Positions 12,326-22,767 of a stretch of 64,000 nt of DNA are shown here, piece after piece. Location: positions 2,112,001 to 2,176,000 of the forward strand of contig OZ244252.1 of NCBI GenBank assembly GCA_965217185.1. Reading direction: 5' to 3'. Each line of letters starts with the position of its first letter. Position 1 is the stretch's first letter. The notes beneath the pieces were generated by a model. It saw only the letters and a list, made by a program, of their open reading frames with translations, was not told where the DNA came from and did no database searches. The stretch comes from an uncultured Candidatus Entotheonella sp. GTDB taxonomy: Bacteria; Tectomicrobia; Entotheonellia; Entotheonellales; Entotheonellaceae. The position numbers were made by a program, and so were the translations under genes.

Positions 12326-13633
12326 TTAATCGCCGCCCATCTCTTCGAGGTCGTCGGTGTCGCCGCCCAGCCGCAGGATGGTGTAGAGCTGCCGCTTGCC
12401 CGTTGTGACCACCTGCTGCCCGGCTTCCAGGCCGCTTTTCACCTCGGCGTAGTGGTCGTCGCGGATGCCGAGCAGCACCGTACGTTTGTGGAAGGCGCCA
12501 TTCTCCTGGACGAAGACGGACGATTCGGCGTCGTCGCTGATCACCGCGGCGTGCGGCACCGCCAGGGTGTGGCCGCGGCTGCCGACGGTGACAGTGAGGA
12601 TGGCGGTCATGTTGGACTTCAGCGGGTGCGGCGGGTCGTTGGCGATCTCGACCCGGAAGGGAACGGTCTTGTCCTCCGACTCGACCTCGTAGTTGATGCC
12701 GGCGATCTCGCCGTCGAACGTACGTCCCGGGTGTGCCGGCACCTGCACGCGCACGGGCTGGCCCTTGCGGAGCCTGGCGGCGTCGATCTCGAAGGCTTCA
12801 CCCTCGGCGTAAACGCGCCGCATGTCGGCGATGCGGAAGAGCACCCTGGCGGGGTCGATGATTTCGCCGAGGGTGACGTCGCGGTGCATGATGACGCCGG
12901 TGCGCGGCGCCCGCAGCGTGAGCAGCGAAGCGGCCCGGGTGCCGCTCGGCGCCGCGTCGGATGGCTGCGGCTCCAGGCCGATAATGCGCAGGCGGTTTTC
13001 GATGCCGGCGATTTCCACGTTGATGCTGCTGACCTCCGTTTCCTTTTGCAGCAGCACGCGCTTGGCGCCGATGCCGCGCTCGACGAGATAGCGGAGGCGG
13101 GCCAATTCGGCAGTGGCGAGTTGCAAGCGGTTGCGGGCTTGCAGCAGCTCGGTCTGCAATTCGGTCTGCAACCCCTCCAGGGCTGTGCTGCGCAGCTCGG
13201 CCAGCGTCTGGCCCTCCTGCACCGTATCGCCGACGTTGCCGGCGACGCGCGTCACCTTGCCGGCCACACGGCTGCTGACCGATGCCAACAGGTCGGGAAT
13301 GGGCCGGATGACGCCGTTGACGGTCACCGTTTCCTCAATCACGTGCGGCTCGACGCTGGTGGTCTGCAGGCCGAGACGCTCCACCTCCTCGGGGGTGAGG
13401 GCGATGCCTTCCGAGAAGTCTTGTTCCTGTTCGTCCTCGTCATCATCGTCATGTCGCTCAGACGTCTGGTGGGACGGTTCGTCATCGTGCGCTTGAGACC
13501 CGGCGCTCGACAGGGCGTGCCGCGCCTCCTGCAAGCGCGCGAACCATTGCGGATCGGTATTGCTGATGAGCAGCAGCCCCGCGGTCATCACCAGCAGACC
13601 CGCCAGGACGATGATCGCAACGTTTTTAGCCAT
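12326..13633 (-). CDS. RND periplasmic adaptor (CzcB/CusB-like)
   Basis: N-terminal TM, His/acidic linker, lipoyl-like VGDTVQEGQTL, LAVPHAAV, GLEAGQQVV. Confidence 0.9.
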   Translation of the reverse strand: MAKNVAIIVLAGLLVMTAGLLLISNTDPQWFARLQEARHALSSAGSQAHDDEPSHQTSERHDDDDEDEQEQDFSEGIALTPEEVERLGLQTTSVEPHVIEETVTVNGVIRPIPDLLASVSSRVAGKVTRVAGNVGDTVQEGQTLAELRSTALEGLQTELQTELLQARNRLQLATAELARLRYLVERGIGAKRVLLQKETEVSSINVEIAGIENRLRIIGLEPQPSDAAPSGTRAASLLTLRAPRTGVIMHRDVTLGEIIDPARVLFRIADMRRVYAEGEAFEIDAARLRKGQPVRVQVPAHPGRTFDGEIAGINYEVESEDKTVPFRVEIANDPPHPLKSNMTAILTVTVGSRGHTLAVPHAAVISDDAESSVFVQENGAFHKRTVLLGIRDDHYAEVKSGLEAGQQVVTTGKRQLYTILRLGGDTDDLEEMGGD

Positions 13634-13655
13634 GTGTTCCCTCGCCGCGTTTGCG

Positions 13656-14948
13656 TCAGGGCTTGCGGTTGATGTCGATGACGGCAGCGCCGCTGGCGGC
13701 TTCCAGATCGACGAGCGCGGCGTTGAATTCCGCGATGGCGTCGAGGTAGCGCGAGCGGCCCTGGATGAATTCGCGCTGCATCACCAGCACCTCCGTGAGG
13801 GTGAACTGGCCGAGCTGGTAGCCCTCGCGCAGCATCTCGAAATTCTCCTGCTGCTGCGGCAGGATGTGCCGGGTGAACTGCTCCACGATGCGGCGCGAGG
13901 CGCGAAAGCGCTCCAGCGCCTGGGCGACCTGGGCGCTGATGGTGGCCTTGACCAGATCGAGGCGCGCCGCTTGCCGGGAGCGCCGCGCCATGGCAATCTC
14001 GAGATCGCCTTCGCGGCGGTTGAACACCGGCAGCGGCACCGACAGGCCAAGGACGGCGCGGTGCTGGCGCGCCTCGGCTTCGCGGCTGAACTCGTAGTGG
14101 GCAGACAGATTGACGGCGGGGAACGTCTGCTCCGCCTGCACCAGGGCGGTCTCGGCCTCGGTGGCCTGCAAGCCGGCTTCGACGGCCTTGACGTCCGGGC
14201 GCACGCTCAGGGCGTTTTCGGCCAGAGCGCGCTCAATGATGGCCAGGGGGTCGTAGGCTAGGGAGCCGACGGCCTCGAAGGGCAGGTCGGACGGCTGCCC
14301 CATGAGCAGAATGAGGTCGCGCTTCAGGCCCGTCAACGCGCGCTGCGCGGCGGTCTGTTCGTTCACCGCCAGGCGTTCTTCCACCTCGGCGCGCAAGGCG
14401 TCCAGGCGCGGCACGTGGCCGGCTTCGTACAACTCTCTGGCCACCCGCAGTAGCTCGCGACTCAGGTCGACGCTCTCACCCGCCAGCCGCAGGCGCCGCT
14501 GCGACAGTAACACGGCGCTGAAGGCGCGCAGCACCTGCACCCGCACGCCGCGCTCGGCGGCGCGCACCTGCCACGATGCCTGATCGGCCAGCGCCTTGGC
14601 CCGCCGCAGGCGAATGGCTCCCTGATTCCTGAGCTCCACCACCTGCGACACCCCGACCTGGGTGTCGTAGGCGAATGTCAGTCCGGGATCCGATGGATGG
14701 CGGTCGCCCCCAAGGGCTGGGGAGACCTCGAGTTCGGGATTGTGCGGGTAGATTTGCGCCTTGGTGACCTCGCCGCCGGCAATATCCATGCCGTAGCGCT
14801 CCACCGCCAGGGCGGGGTTGTGGGCCATCGCCAAGCTGATCGCTTCGGTCAGCGTCAAGCGCCGCTCCTGCGCCCCGGCGTTGGCTACGCACAACGCGGC
14901 GACAAGCGACGCAATGATGCCGGCCGCGGCCGACTTGGCCATGCCCAA
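13656..14948 (-). CDS. TolC family outer membrane factor (CzcC-like)
   Basis: Signal peptide; LTLTEAISLAMAHNP, LSVPLPVFNR, GYQLG. Confidence 0.9.
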   Translation of the reverse strand: MGMAKSAAAGIIASLVAALCVANAGAQERRLTLTEAISLAMAHNPALAVERYGMDIAGGEVTKAQIYPHNPELEVSPALGGDRHPSDPGLTFAYDTQVGVSQVVELRNQGAIRLRRAKALADQASWQVRAAERGVRVQVLRAFSAVLLSQRRLRLAGESVDLSRELLRVARELYEAGHVPRLDALRAEVEERLAVNEQTAAQRALTGLKRDLILLMGQPSDLPFEAVGSLAYDPLAIIERALAENALSVRPDVKAVEAGLQATEAETALVQAEQTFPAVNLSAHYEFSREAEARQHRAVLGLSVPLPVFNRREGDLEIAMARRSRQAARLDLVKATISAQVAQALERFRASRRIVEQFTRHILPQQQENFEMLREGYQLGQFTLTEVLVMQREFIQGRSRYLDAIAEFNAALVDLEAASGAAVIDINRKP

Positions 14949-15141
14949 TCCCTCCTTCGTGTACGGTATGCGACCCGGCCGCCGCCAAGCCGACCCGTCG
15001 CCCTGTTATATCATAAACGCCCGTCGTCTCAACGCGAGCCGTTACTTTTGGCTTTGCACGGCCTTTCCGCGGTGCTACACTTCCGGCGATTTCAGAGCCC
15101 GATGCACAGCGAATTGAGGTTCAGGCAAGGGAGGTTAACGT

Positions 15142-15669
15142 ATGTCCCGCATCTTGGGATTTGTCCTTATCACACTACTGGCCGTGGCCCCGGCGGCGCT
15201 CGCCGAGGACCTGGCCGCCGAATTGGTAGAGGCGGAGGGGCTGTATGACAGGCAATGCGGCGTCTGTCACGGCCTCGTGGGCATGCAAGTCGAGAAGGCT
15301 GCTGAGCACGCACCGGCCCTGTTGCCGCTGCATGCCGTGCGGCTGGCCATGGACCTGCATCCCGACGCCGTGACGGATACGCCCGCCGGTGTCAAGATCG
15401 CCGGTCTGGCCGGTGAGCGCATGGCAATTGCGCCGCCCTTCGGCCCCAACTTGACCGGCGTGTACGGCCGGCCGGCCGGCACCGTCGAGAGCTACAACTA
15501 CTCCGTAGCCTTTCTGAGCGTCCTGCGCGGCATGGTGTGGAATTCCAGCACCCTCGACGTCTGGATCACCAGCACCCAGGCGTGGGTGCCCGGCGTGCGC
15601 ATGTATTACAGGCAAGACGATTCCGAAATCCGCCGCAAGATCATCCTGTTCCTGAAAGAGAATTCCTGA
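15142..15669 (+). CDS. c-type cytochrome (class I, c2-like)
   Basis: Signal peptide, CGVCH, GPNLTGVYGRPAG, VPGVRM. Confidence 0.85.
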   Translation: MSRILGFVLITLLAVAPAALAEDLAAELVEAEGLYDRQCGVCHGLVGMQVEKAAEHAPALLPLHAVRLAMDLHPDAVTDTPAGVKIAGLAGERMAIAPPFGPNLTGVYGRPAGTVESYNYSVAFLSVLRGMVWNSSTLDVWITSTQAWVPGVRMYYRQDDSEIRRKIILFLKENS

Positions 15670-15730
15670 CCTCTGACCGCGGCGGCTCCATAGGCCGCCG
15701 CGCCCTGCGGCAGTGTTTCGCTTTGGGTTT

Positions 15731-15767
15731 CCCCCTCACCCCAACCCTCTCCCGCCAAGGGAGAGGG
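15731..15767. repeat. REP-like palindrome
   Basis: CCCCTCACCCCAACCCTCTCCCGCCAAGGGAGAGGG, reverse orientation of 6800-6836. Confidence 0.75.
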
Positions 15768-15873
15768 AGCAGAAATTCCCGCCTGCCCCAAGACCCCATG
15801 CGCTTGAGACCGAACACTTTGCCAAGACGGTAGCCGTGATCGACCTACGCCATCATTCACACAGGAGGAGAGC

Positions 15874-16623
15874 ATGCAGGTAAAAGACAAAATCGCCCTC
15901 GTCACCGGCGGCGGCGTTGGCGCCGGTCGGGCGATCGCGTTTGCCTTGGCGCACGAGGGTTGCCACGTGGCGGTGAATTACTCGCGCTCGGAAGGGCAGG
16001 CGATGGCCACCGCGGAGGCGCTGCGGGAAACGGGCGTGCGGGCCATGGCGGTCAAGGGCGACGTGGGCGACGACGCTGCCGTGCGGAATATGGTACAGCA
16101 GGTGGCCGACACCCTCGGCGGCCTGAACGTGCTGGTCAACAATGCAGGGGCGACGTCGTTCATCCCGCACGGCGACATGGAGGCGGTGCAGGACGAGGAT
16201 TGGGACAGGATTCTGGACGTCAACCTGAAAGGCCCGTTCTACGTCATCCGTGCGGCGCGGCCCCACCTGGAGCGCGACGGCGGCGTGGTGGTCAACATCT
16301 CCAGCGTCGCCGGGGTGTACGGCGTCGGGAGCTCGGTGCCCTATCTGGCCTCCAAGGCCGGGCTGAATACCATGACCATCGCCCTGGCGCGCGCCCTGGG
16401 ACCGGCCATTCGCATCAATTCCATCGCGCCGGGCTTCATCGACACCCGCTGGTGGCAGGTCCGCGACGAGTACGAGACCGTGAAGCAGGGCGCTACCGAG
16501 AGGTCGCCTCTGAAGAACGTCTGCCAGCCGGAAGACGTGGCCGATCTGGTCATGGGCCTGATCCGCGCCGACCTGATCACCGGCCAGGTGGTGGTACTCG
16601 ACGGCGGCAGCAACCTCGGCTGA
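15874..16623 (+). CDS. SDR family oxidoreductase
   Basis: TGGGVGAG, NNAG, YLASK. Confidence 0.93.
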   Translation: MQVKDKIALVTGGGVGAGRAIAFALAHEGCHVAVNYSRSEGQAMATAEALRETGVRAMAVKGDVGDDAAVRNMVQQVADTLGGLNVLVNNAGATSFIPHGDMEAVQDEDWDRILDVNLKGPFYVIRAARPHLERDGGVVVNISSVAGVYGVGSSVPYLASKAGLNTMTIALARALGPAIRINSIAPGFIDTRWWQVRDEYETVKQGATERSPLKNVCQPEDVADLVMGLIRADLITGQVVVLDGGSNLG

Positions 16624-16744
16624 CGGCTTGGCTTGACCGGCGCGGGCAATTGCCCTAAAACCAGTGCCTAGTGGCCAGCAAATTCGGGTTTCACTGGTCA
16701 CTGATCACCAACCACTAACCACTGCATTTATAGGAGACATCAGC

Positions 16745-17107
16745 ATGGCCATGACAGGACGAGAAATGATCGAGGCGGCCCGGCGCGTCGTGCCCGGCCT
16801 CAGCCAAAGCGACCTCAGCGCCCAACTGAACGGGGGTGAGGGCGTCGTGGTGCTGGACGTCAGGGAGCGGGCCGAGTGGGACGACGGCCACATTCCGCAG
16901 GCGACGTGGCTGGCCCGGGGGTTCATCGAGGGCCGCATGGAGGAAACCGTCCCCGACAAGAACACGCCCATCGTGGCCCATTGAGGCGGCGAGAATCGTG
17001 CTGTCCTGGCAGGACAGACCTTGCAGCAGATGGGTTACACCAACGTGCATTATCTGGTCGGCGGATTCATCGGCTGGCGGGAAAACGGGATGCCCGAGGC
17101 GTCATGA
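16745..17107 (+). CDS. Rhodanese-domain sulfurtransferase, probable selenoprotein (TGA 16982-16984 read as Sec)
   Basis: LDVRE..EW..GHIP..IVAH-UGA-GGENRAVLA..LQQMGYTNVHYLVGGFIGW; TGA sits at the catalytic Cys position; the read-through stop overlaps the next ATG (ATGA). Confidence 0.85.
17001..17017 (+). promoter_or_regulatory. Putative bacterial SECIS hairpin
   Basis: CTGTCCT-GGC-AGGACAG stem-loop starting 16 nt after the in-frame TGA, with G in the apical loop. Confidence 0.6.
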
Positions 17108-17541
17108 GCAGCGACGAGCGGGTGCAGGCCGGCAAGACGGTGTGCCTCGACTACACGCTGTGCCTGGCCGACGGCACCCTGGTCGATTCGGCCCAACACA
17201 GCGGCACCTGGACTTACGTGCACGGCCACACCCGCATGCCGCCCGGCCTGCACATGGGCGTGGAAGGTCTCGGCATCGGCGATACCGTGCGGCTTGAGCT
17301 GGAGCCCGCCGCCGCTTTCGGGTGCATCGACCCGGCGGCCTTCCAGGAACTCTCCAAGGAACAATTTCCCGCTTCGGCCCGGCACCTCGGCTTCGAGGGC
17401 GAATTTCCGGGGCCGGACGGCAGCATCATCCCCTATCGCATTCATGCCATTAACGACACCACGGTGACGGTGGACCTGAACCATCCCCTGGCCGGTCAGC
17501 ACGTCGTTTTCGAGGTCACCGTCATCCACGTGCAGGACTGA
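17104..17541 (+). CDS. slyD: FKBP-type peptidyl-prolyl isomerase (SlyD-like)
   Basis: V.LDYTL..DG..VDS, VDLNHPLAG..VVFEV. Confidence 0.85.
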   Translation: MSSDERVQAGKTVCLDYTLCLADGTLVDSAQHSGTWTYVHGHTRMPPGLHMGVEGLGIGDTVRLELEPAAAFGCIDPAAFQELSKEQFPASARHLGFEGEFPGPDGSIIPYRIHAINDTTVTVDLNHPLAGQHVVFEVTVIHVQD

Positions 17542-17576
17542 ATTCCCTCACCCGGCGTGCCAAGGAGCCGTGCCCC

Positions 17577-18803
17577 ATGCCCGCTTCTGATTCCGCGAAT
17601 CCTGTGAGTGCCCGCCCGCTGGACGGCGTGCGCGTGCTCGAATTGGGCCAGCTGCTGGCGGGGCCGTTTGCCGGCTGCGTCCTCGGATACTTCGGCGCCG
17701 AGGTGATCAAAGTCGAGCCGCCGGGCAAGGGCGACCCGATTCGCGGCTGGCGGCTGCTCGACGACAACGGCACGTCGTTTTGGTGGCGTAGCCTGGGGAG
17801 GAACAAGAAGAGCATCACGCTGAACCTGCAAACCGACAAGGGGCGCGGCATCGCCCGCCAATTGGCGGACCGCGTGGACGTGCTGATCGAGAATTTCCGC
17901 CCCGGCACCATGGAGAAATGGGGCCTCGGACCCGAGGAAGTCAAGACGACGAATCCGGGGCTGATCTACGCGCGCGTCTCGGGATACGGCCAGACCGGGC
18001 CGTACGCCGAGCGGCCCGGCTATGCCTCGGTGTGCGAAGGCGTCGGCGGTTTCCGCTACCTGAACGGCTTTCCAGGCGAGGCGCCGGTGCGGCCCAACCT
18101 GAGCCTGGGCGACACGCTGGCCGGGCTGCATGCCGTGCTCGGCATCCTGCTGGCCTACATCCAGCGCGGTAAGCCGGCGGGCGGCGACGGGCAAGTGGTG
18201 GACGTGGCCATTTACGAATCGGTCTTCAACATGCTGGAAGCCGTGGTGCCGGAATACGACGGCGCCGGTCTGGTGCGGCAACCCTCCGGCTCGACCCTGA
18301 CCGGCATCGTGCCGACCAATACCTACGCCTGCCGCGACGGCGCCTACGTGGTCATCGGCGGTAACGGCAATTCCATCTTTCAGCGGCTGATGCGCGCCGC
18401 CGGCCAGACCGACATGGCCGCCGACCCGCGCTTCGCTGAAAACGCCGGCCGCGTGGAGCACGAACGCGAAATCGATGCCGCCATCGCCGCCTGGACCGCC
18501 AGCCTCGCCGCCGCCGAGGTGCTGGCGCAACTCGCCGAAGCTTCCGTCCCCGCCGGCCCGATCTACACCGTCGCCGACATGCTCCAGGACCCCCATTTCC
18601 ACGCCCGCGGCCTGTTCCAGCAGGTCGAGGTGGACGGCCAACCCCTGCGCATCCCCGCTCTCACCCCCCACCTCACCGCCACCCCCGGCACCACCACCTG
18701 GCCCGGCGCCGACGTCGGCGCCCACAACCAGGAAATCCTCGGCGGCCTGCTTGGGCTGTCGGATGCCGAGCTTGCCGCGCTGAGAGATGAAGGCGTGATC
18801 TGA
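17577..18803 (+). CDS. CaiB/BaiF class III CoA transferase
   Basis: PLDGVRVLELG, GAEVIKVEPP, RNKKSI, ENFRPG, SGYGQTGPY. Confidence 0.95.
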   Translation: MPASDSANPVSARPLDGVRVLELGQLLAGPFAGCVLGYFGAEVIKVEPPGKGDPIRGWRLLDDNGTSFWWRSLGRNKKSITLNLQTDKGRGIARQLADRVDVLIENFRPGTMEKWGLGPEEVKTTNPGLIYARVSGYGQTGPYAERPGYASVCEGVGGFRYLNGFPGEAPVRPNLSLGDTLAGLHAVLGILLAYIQRGKPAGGDGQVVDVAIYESVFNMLEAVVPEYDGAGLVRQPSGSTLTGIVPTNTYACRDGAYVVIGGNGNSIFQRLMRAAGQTDMAADPRFAENAGRVEHEREIDAAIAAWTASLAAAEVLAQLAEASVPAGPIYTVADMLQDPHFHARGLFQQVEVDGQPLRIPALTPHLTATPGTTTWPGADVGAHNQEILGGLLGLSDAELAALRDEGVI

Positions 18804-19020
18804 AGGAGCGAGAAACGCTGCCGCCTTGCACGCCATTTCCCCATTGAATACTTCCTGCCTCACCCCTCGGATCGAGTCTGAGGTTTCTGCGTCGGTGTCT
18901 TGTGATCCTCCGTCCATGTTGCACGGACAGCGACTATAACATATGCTATACGACTCCTTTGCCGTTGTGTGATGATGAATCGCAATGCTGGCAAAACCTT
19001 CTCCGAAAGACGAAACATAC

Positions 19021-22000
19021 ATGTCGCCCGCCATGTCAACCCAATTGCCGAGCGATTTCTCCCGCCGGATCAAGCGTGCACGCGGCGCCAGAGGTCTGAC
19101 CCAGACGCAATTCGCGGAGCTCATCGGTGTTTCCTTTGCCACGGTCAATCGCTGGGAGAATGAGCAGTCACGCCCAAACAATCTGGCTTGGCGGCGCATC
19201 CTTGAACTTGAGGAGCAAGCAGGAGAAGGATCTGGCGCGGAGGGGATTAGCCTTGACGACAAGTCAAACGCCCCGGTCAGCATGAACTTCTCTGCCGACC
19301 CGAATGCTGTCTGGGTAGTCGCCGAGGCACATCGTCTTGCGTACGGCCATCTCTTCAATCCGGCGTTCGCGACGGAAACGTCGCTGATTGACCCGCTCCC
19401 GCACCAGCGCATCGCCGTGTACGAGCACATGCTCGAACAGGCGCCGCTGCGCTTCCTATTGGCTGACGACGCCGGCGCCGGCAAGACGATCATGACAGGC
19501 CTGTACGTGCGGGAGATGCTTTCGCGCCGGCTGATTCGCCGCGTGCTCATCGTGCCGCCGGCCGGACTGGTCGGAAACTGGGAACGGGAAATGCGCACCC
19601 TTTTCAGTCTGCCGTTCTGCATCATCAGCGGTGCCGATGCGCGAGACGGCAATCCCTTTCTCGGCCCGGATAGCGACTGGGTAATCGTCAGCGTCGACAC
19701 CCTGGCCGGGGAGCGCATGTTCAGCCGTCTCAAAGACCCTCAAACTCAGGCCTATGACCTCGTCGTCTTTGACGAGGCTCACAAGCTCTCCGCCGACCGC
19801 CAGCCGGATTTCCGGGTGCGCAAGACCGACCGCTACAGGCTGGCGGAATCCTTGGCCGGCGCCGAGACGGACGATGCTCGTTGGGGGCTCCCCTGGTCGG
19901 CCCAACATCTGCTCCTGCTAACGGCAACGCCGCATATGGGAAAGGACTATCCCTACTACTGCTTGTGGCGGCTGCTGCTGCCCGACACGCTCTCCACCTG
20001 CGACGCCTTCGATGCGTTTCCGGATGACTCGCGGCGACAGCATTTCGTTCGCCGCACCAAGGAGGAGATGGTCCATTTCGACGGCTCCCCGCTGTATCCC
20101 CAGCGAAATTGCGACACACTCAGCTACGACCTCTCGCAGGGTCCGGCAAGTGAGCAGGAACTCTACGACGATACGACGGATTACATCCGCTATTCCTACA
20201 ACCGTGCCAGCCATCTGAACCGTTCCGCCGCTCGGCTGGCGATGAGCGTTTTTCAGCGTCGCCTGGCCAGCTCGACGTTCGCCCTCATGCGCTCATTCGA
20301 GCGGCGTGAGGAAAAGCTCGCCAGATGGATCGACGACATTCGCAGCGGACGACTAACCGAGGAACAACTGGCCCTTCAGCAGCGTCGCCTCGACGACCTT
20401 GACGACGCTTTTGAAACGCGGACGGCTGATGAGGCTCCCACGAGTGAAGACGAAGGCGAGGATGCTGAAGGGTTCGAAAACCAGGCGCTGGGTGGCACCG
20501 TAGCGCTCAGCCTGAGCGAACTGGAGGCGGAGCGTCGCCATGTCGAGGCCTTGCTCGAGAAGGCCCGCAAGCTGCTCAACGCCGGTGAGGAGTCCAAGTT
20601 CGAGAAGCTGCGGGAAGTGCTCCGCGACCCGAAATATCTCAACGAAAAGCTCATCATTTTCACCGAGCACCGTGACACCGCGGAATTTCTGGTGCGTCGG
20701 CTCGAAGGTCTCGGCTTCACCGATCAGGTCGCCCGGATTCACGGCGGCCTGCCCTACCAGGAGCGGGAGCGGCAGGTCGAATTCTTCCGCCGACCGTCTT
20801 CGGAAGGTGGCGCCACCTATCTGGTGGCCACCGACGCCGCCGGCGAGGGCATCAATCTGCAGTTCTGCTGGCTGATGGTGAATTACGACATACCGTGGAA
20901 CCCGGCGCGGCTGGAACAGCGCATGGGCCGCATCCACCGCTACGGCCAGAAGCACGATCCGGTGGTCATCGTCAATCTGGTGTCGGGCGGCACGCGCGAG
21001 GGACGGGTGTTGAAGACGCTGCTCGACAAGCTCGAAGTCATCCGCCGGCAGCTGCAATCCGACAAGGTGTTCGACGTGGTAGGCCGCCTGTTTGAGGGGC
21101 TGTCCATACGGGACTATCTCGAACGGGCGGTTACGGGTGATGCCGACACCGTCGTCGAGCAGTTGGAAGGAAACCTCACCGACGAGCAAGTCCGGGCTCT
21201 CGCGGAGAGGGAACGGGTGCTTTTCGGGGAAGGCGGCGAGGTGCGTCGGCAACTGGCTCATCTCAACGACGAGGCGGAGCGGGAAACCTACCGCCGGCTG
21301 CTGCCCGGATACGTGCGCCGTTTTGTGGAAAAAGCCGCACCGCTGCTCGACTTGCGCATCGAGGGCGATCCGGGGGCTTTCTTCACGCTGGTGCCCAACC
21401 GCTCCCGCGCGACGGATGCCTTGCTGCCCGTACTGGAAATGTATCCCGAGAGTACCCGCGACCGCCTGACGGTGTACAAGCCGACGGACCGGGACAACGC
21501 GGTCTGGATGCACCCCGGCGAACCGGTATTTGACGGCCTTACAGCCGCGGTGTTCGATCGTTTCGGGCGCGACGGCCTTCAGGGTGCCGTGTTCATGGAC
21601 CCTTACGCATCCGAGCCTTATCTGTTCCACATTGCGCAGGCGTCCGTTGTACAGCAGAGCCAGATTGACGCCGCGCCAGCGGGCCTGCTGGATGGATGCG
21701 ACAATGGTGAATCGGCTCCAAAGCCGCTTGAATCACGGCTAATCGGGCTGCGCCAGACAGGCGACGGCGCCATCGTAGAGTGCCCGGTTGAACATTTACT
21801 CCTGCTGAGGGGCGTCCACGGCTTCGCGCCGAGCCGGGTGCGCCTTGCTACCTTGGCTCGCGGCTTGGCCATTGACGCCGCCCGGTTCGCGCGCGAGGAA
21901 GTGAGCGAGCAATTGGCGCAAGCTCACCGCCAGCGTCGGCTCGATGATCTGTCCGTACGCATGGCATTTGTCAGCCGCGGCTTCGACTTTCAGGCCGCGG

Positions 22001-22629
22001 AACTTGCGGCCGCCCGTTCCCGTCTCACCGAAATAGCGCGTACAGGCGACCGCCGTGCCCTGGGGGAACTTGCGAGGGTCAAGGAGCGTCAGCGGGGCTT
22101 GACGGCTTCCCGCAGTCGGCGCCTTGCCGAACTGCAAGCTGAGCCGCACCTTGTCCAGGCCGGTGACGTCGAGGTTCTCGTTCACGCCCTCGTGGTGCCC
22201 GGACAGGATTCTGAAGAAGCTGAACGTTATGATGCCGATGTCGAGGCGATTGCCATGGAGGTCGCCGCTGGTTATGAGGCGAGTTTCGGTGCCGAGGTCG
22301 AGGATGTCTCGCGGCCCGAACTGGCGCGCCGCGCCGGGCTGCCCGACTGGCCGGGGTTCGATCTCTGGTCCCGGCGCCCTACGGCGGAGAAGTTGGCGAT
22401 CGAGGTCAAGGGCCGCGCCGCTTCCGGCAACGTCGAGATGAGCGATAACGAGTGGGCCAAGGCTTGCAACCTGCGCGATGCGTACTGGCTCTACGTCGTC
22501 TTCGACTGCGCCACGCCACGCCCGCGGCTGCTGCGGGTGCGTGATCCGTTCGGCAGGCTTCTCGCCAGAAGCCGCGAGTCCGTCGCCTACGCCATCACGC
22601 CGGGGGCCATCATGGCGGCAGCGGATTAA
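19021..22629 (+). CDS. XRE-HTH + SNF2-family helicase + C-terminal DUF3883-like nuclease
   Basis: LTQTQFAELIGVSFATVNRWEN; LLADDAGAGKT, DEAH, TATPH, EGINLQ, EQRMGRIHRYGQ; GFDLWS..IEVKGR; start 18985-19033 uncertain. Confidence 0.9.
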   Translation: MSPAMSTQLPSDFSRRIKRARGARGLTQTQFAELIGVSFATVNRWENEQSRPNNLAWRRILELEEQAGEGSGAEGISLDDKSNAPVSMNFSADPNAVWVVAEAHRLAYGHLFNPAFATETSLIDPLPHQRIAVYEHMLEQAPLRFLLADDAGAGKTIMTGLYVREMLSRRLIRRVLIVPPAGLVGNWEREMRTLFSLPFCIISGADARDGNPFLGPDSDWVIVSVDTLAGERMFSRLKDPQTQAYDLVVFDEAHKLSADRQPDFRVRKTDRYRLAESLAGAETDDARWGLPWSAQHLLLLTATPHMGKDYPYYCLWRLLLPDTLSTCDAFDAFPDDSRRQHFVRRTKEEMVHFDGSPLYPQRNCDTLSYDLSQGPASEQELYDDTTDYIRYSYNRASHLNRSAARLAMSVFQRRLASSTFALMRSFERREEKLARWIDDIRSGRLTEEQLALQQRRLDDLDDAFETRTADEAPTSEDEGEDAEGFENQALGGTVALSLSELEAERRHVEALLEKARKLLNAGEESKFEKLREVLRDPKYLNEKLIIFTEHRDTAEFLVRRLEGLGFTDQVARIHGGLPYQERERQVEFFRRPSSEGGATYLVATDAAGEGINLQFCWLMVNYDIPWNPARLEQRMGRIHRYGQKHDPVVIVNLVSGGTREGRVLKTLLDKLEVIRRQLQSDKVFDVVGRLFEGLSIRDYLERAVTGDADTVVEQLEGNLTDEQVRALAERERVLFGEGGEVRRQLAHLNDEAERETYRRLLPGYVRRFVEKAAPLLDLRIEGDPGAFFTLVPNRSRATDALLPVLEMYPESTRDRLTVYKPTDRDNAVWMHPGEPVFDGLTAAVFDRFGRDGLQGAVFMDPYASEPYLFHIAQASVVQQSQIDAAPAGLLDGCDNGESAPKPLESRLIGLRQTGDGAIVECPVEHLLLLRGVHGFAPSRVRLATLARGLAIDAARFAREEVSEQLAQAHRQRRLDDLSVRMAFVSRGFDFQAAELAAARSRLTEIARTGDRRALGELARVKERQRGLTASRSRRLAELQAEPHLVQAGDVEVLVHALVVPGQDSEEAERYDADVEAIAMEVAAGYEASFGAEVEDVSRPELARRAGLPDWPGFDLWSRRPTAEKLAIEVKGRAASGNVEMSDNEWAKACNLRDAYWLYVVFDCATPRPRLLRVRDPFGRLLARSRESVAYAITPGAIMAAAD

Positions 22630-22767
22630 CGGAGTAAGGATATGTCCCCGCTGGGGGGATGGTTCCAGATTCCTTTGAGAGGTCCGCCTAGCTGGCGACC
22701 GAAGGAACTGCCGGCCATGCACCTCAACAACTGGCGGGCAAGATGGGGTCTGAAAAAGGAGAACACG

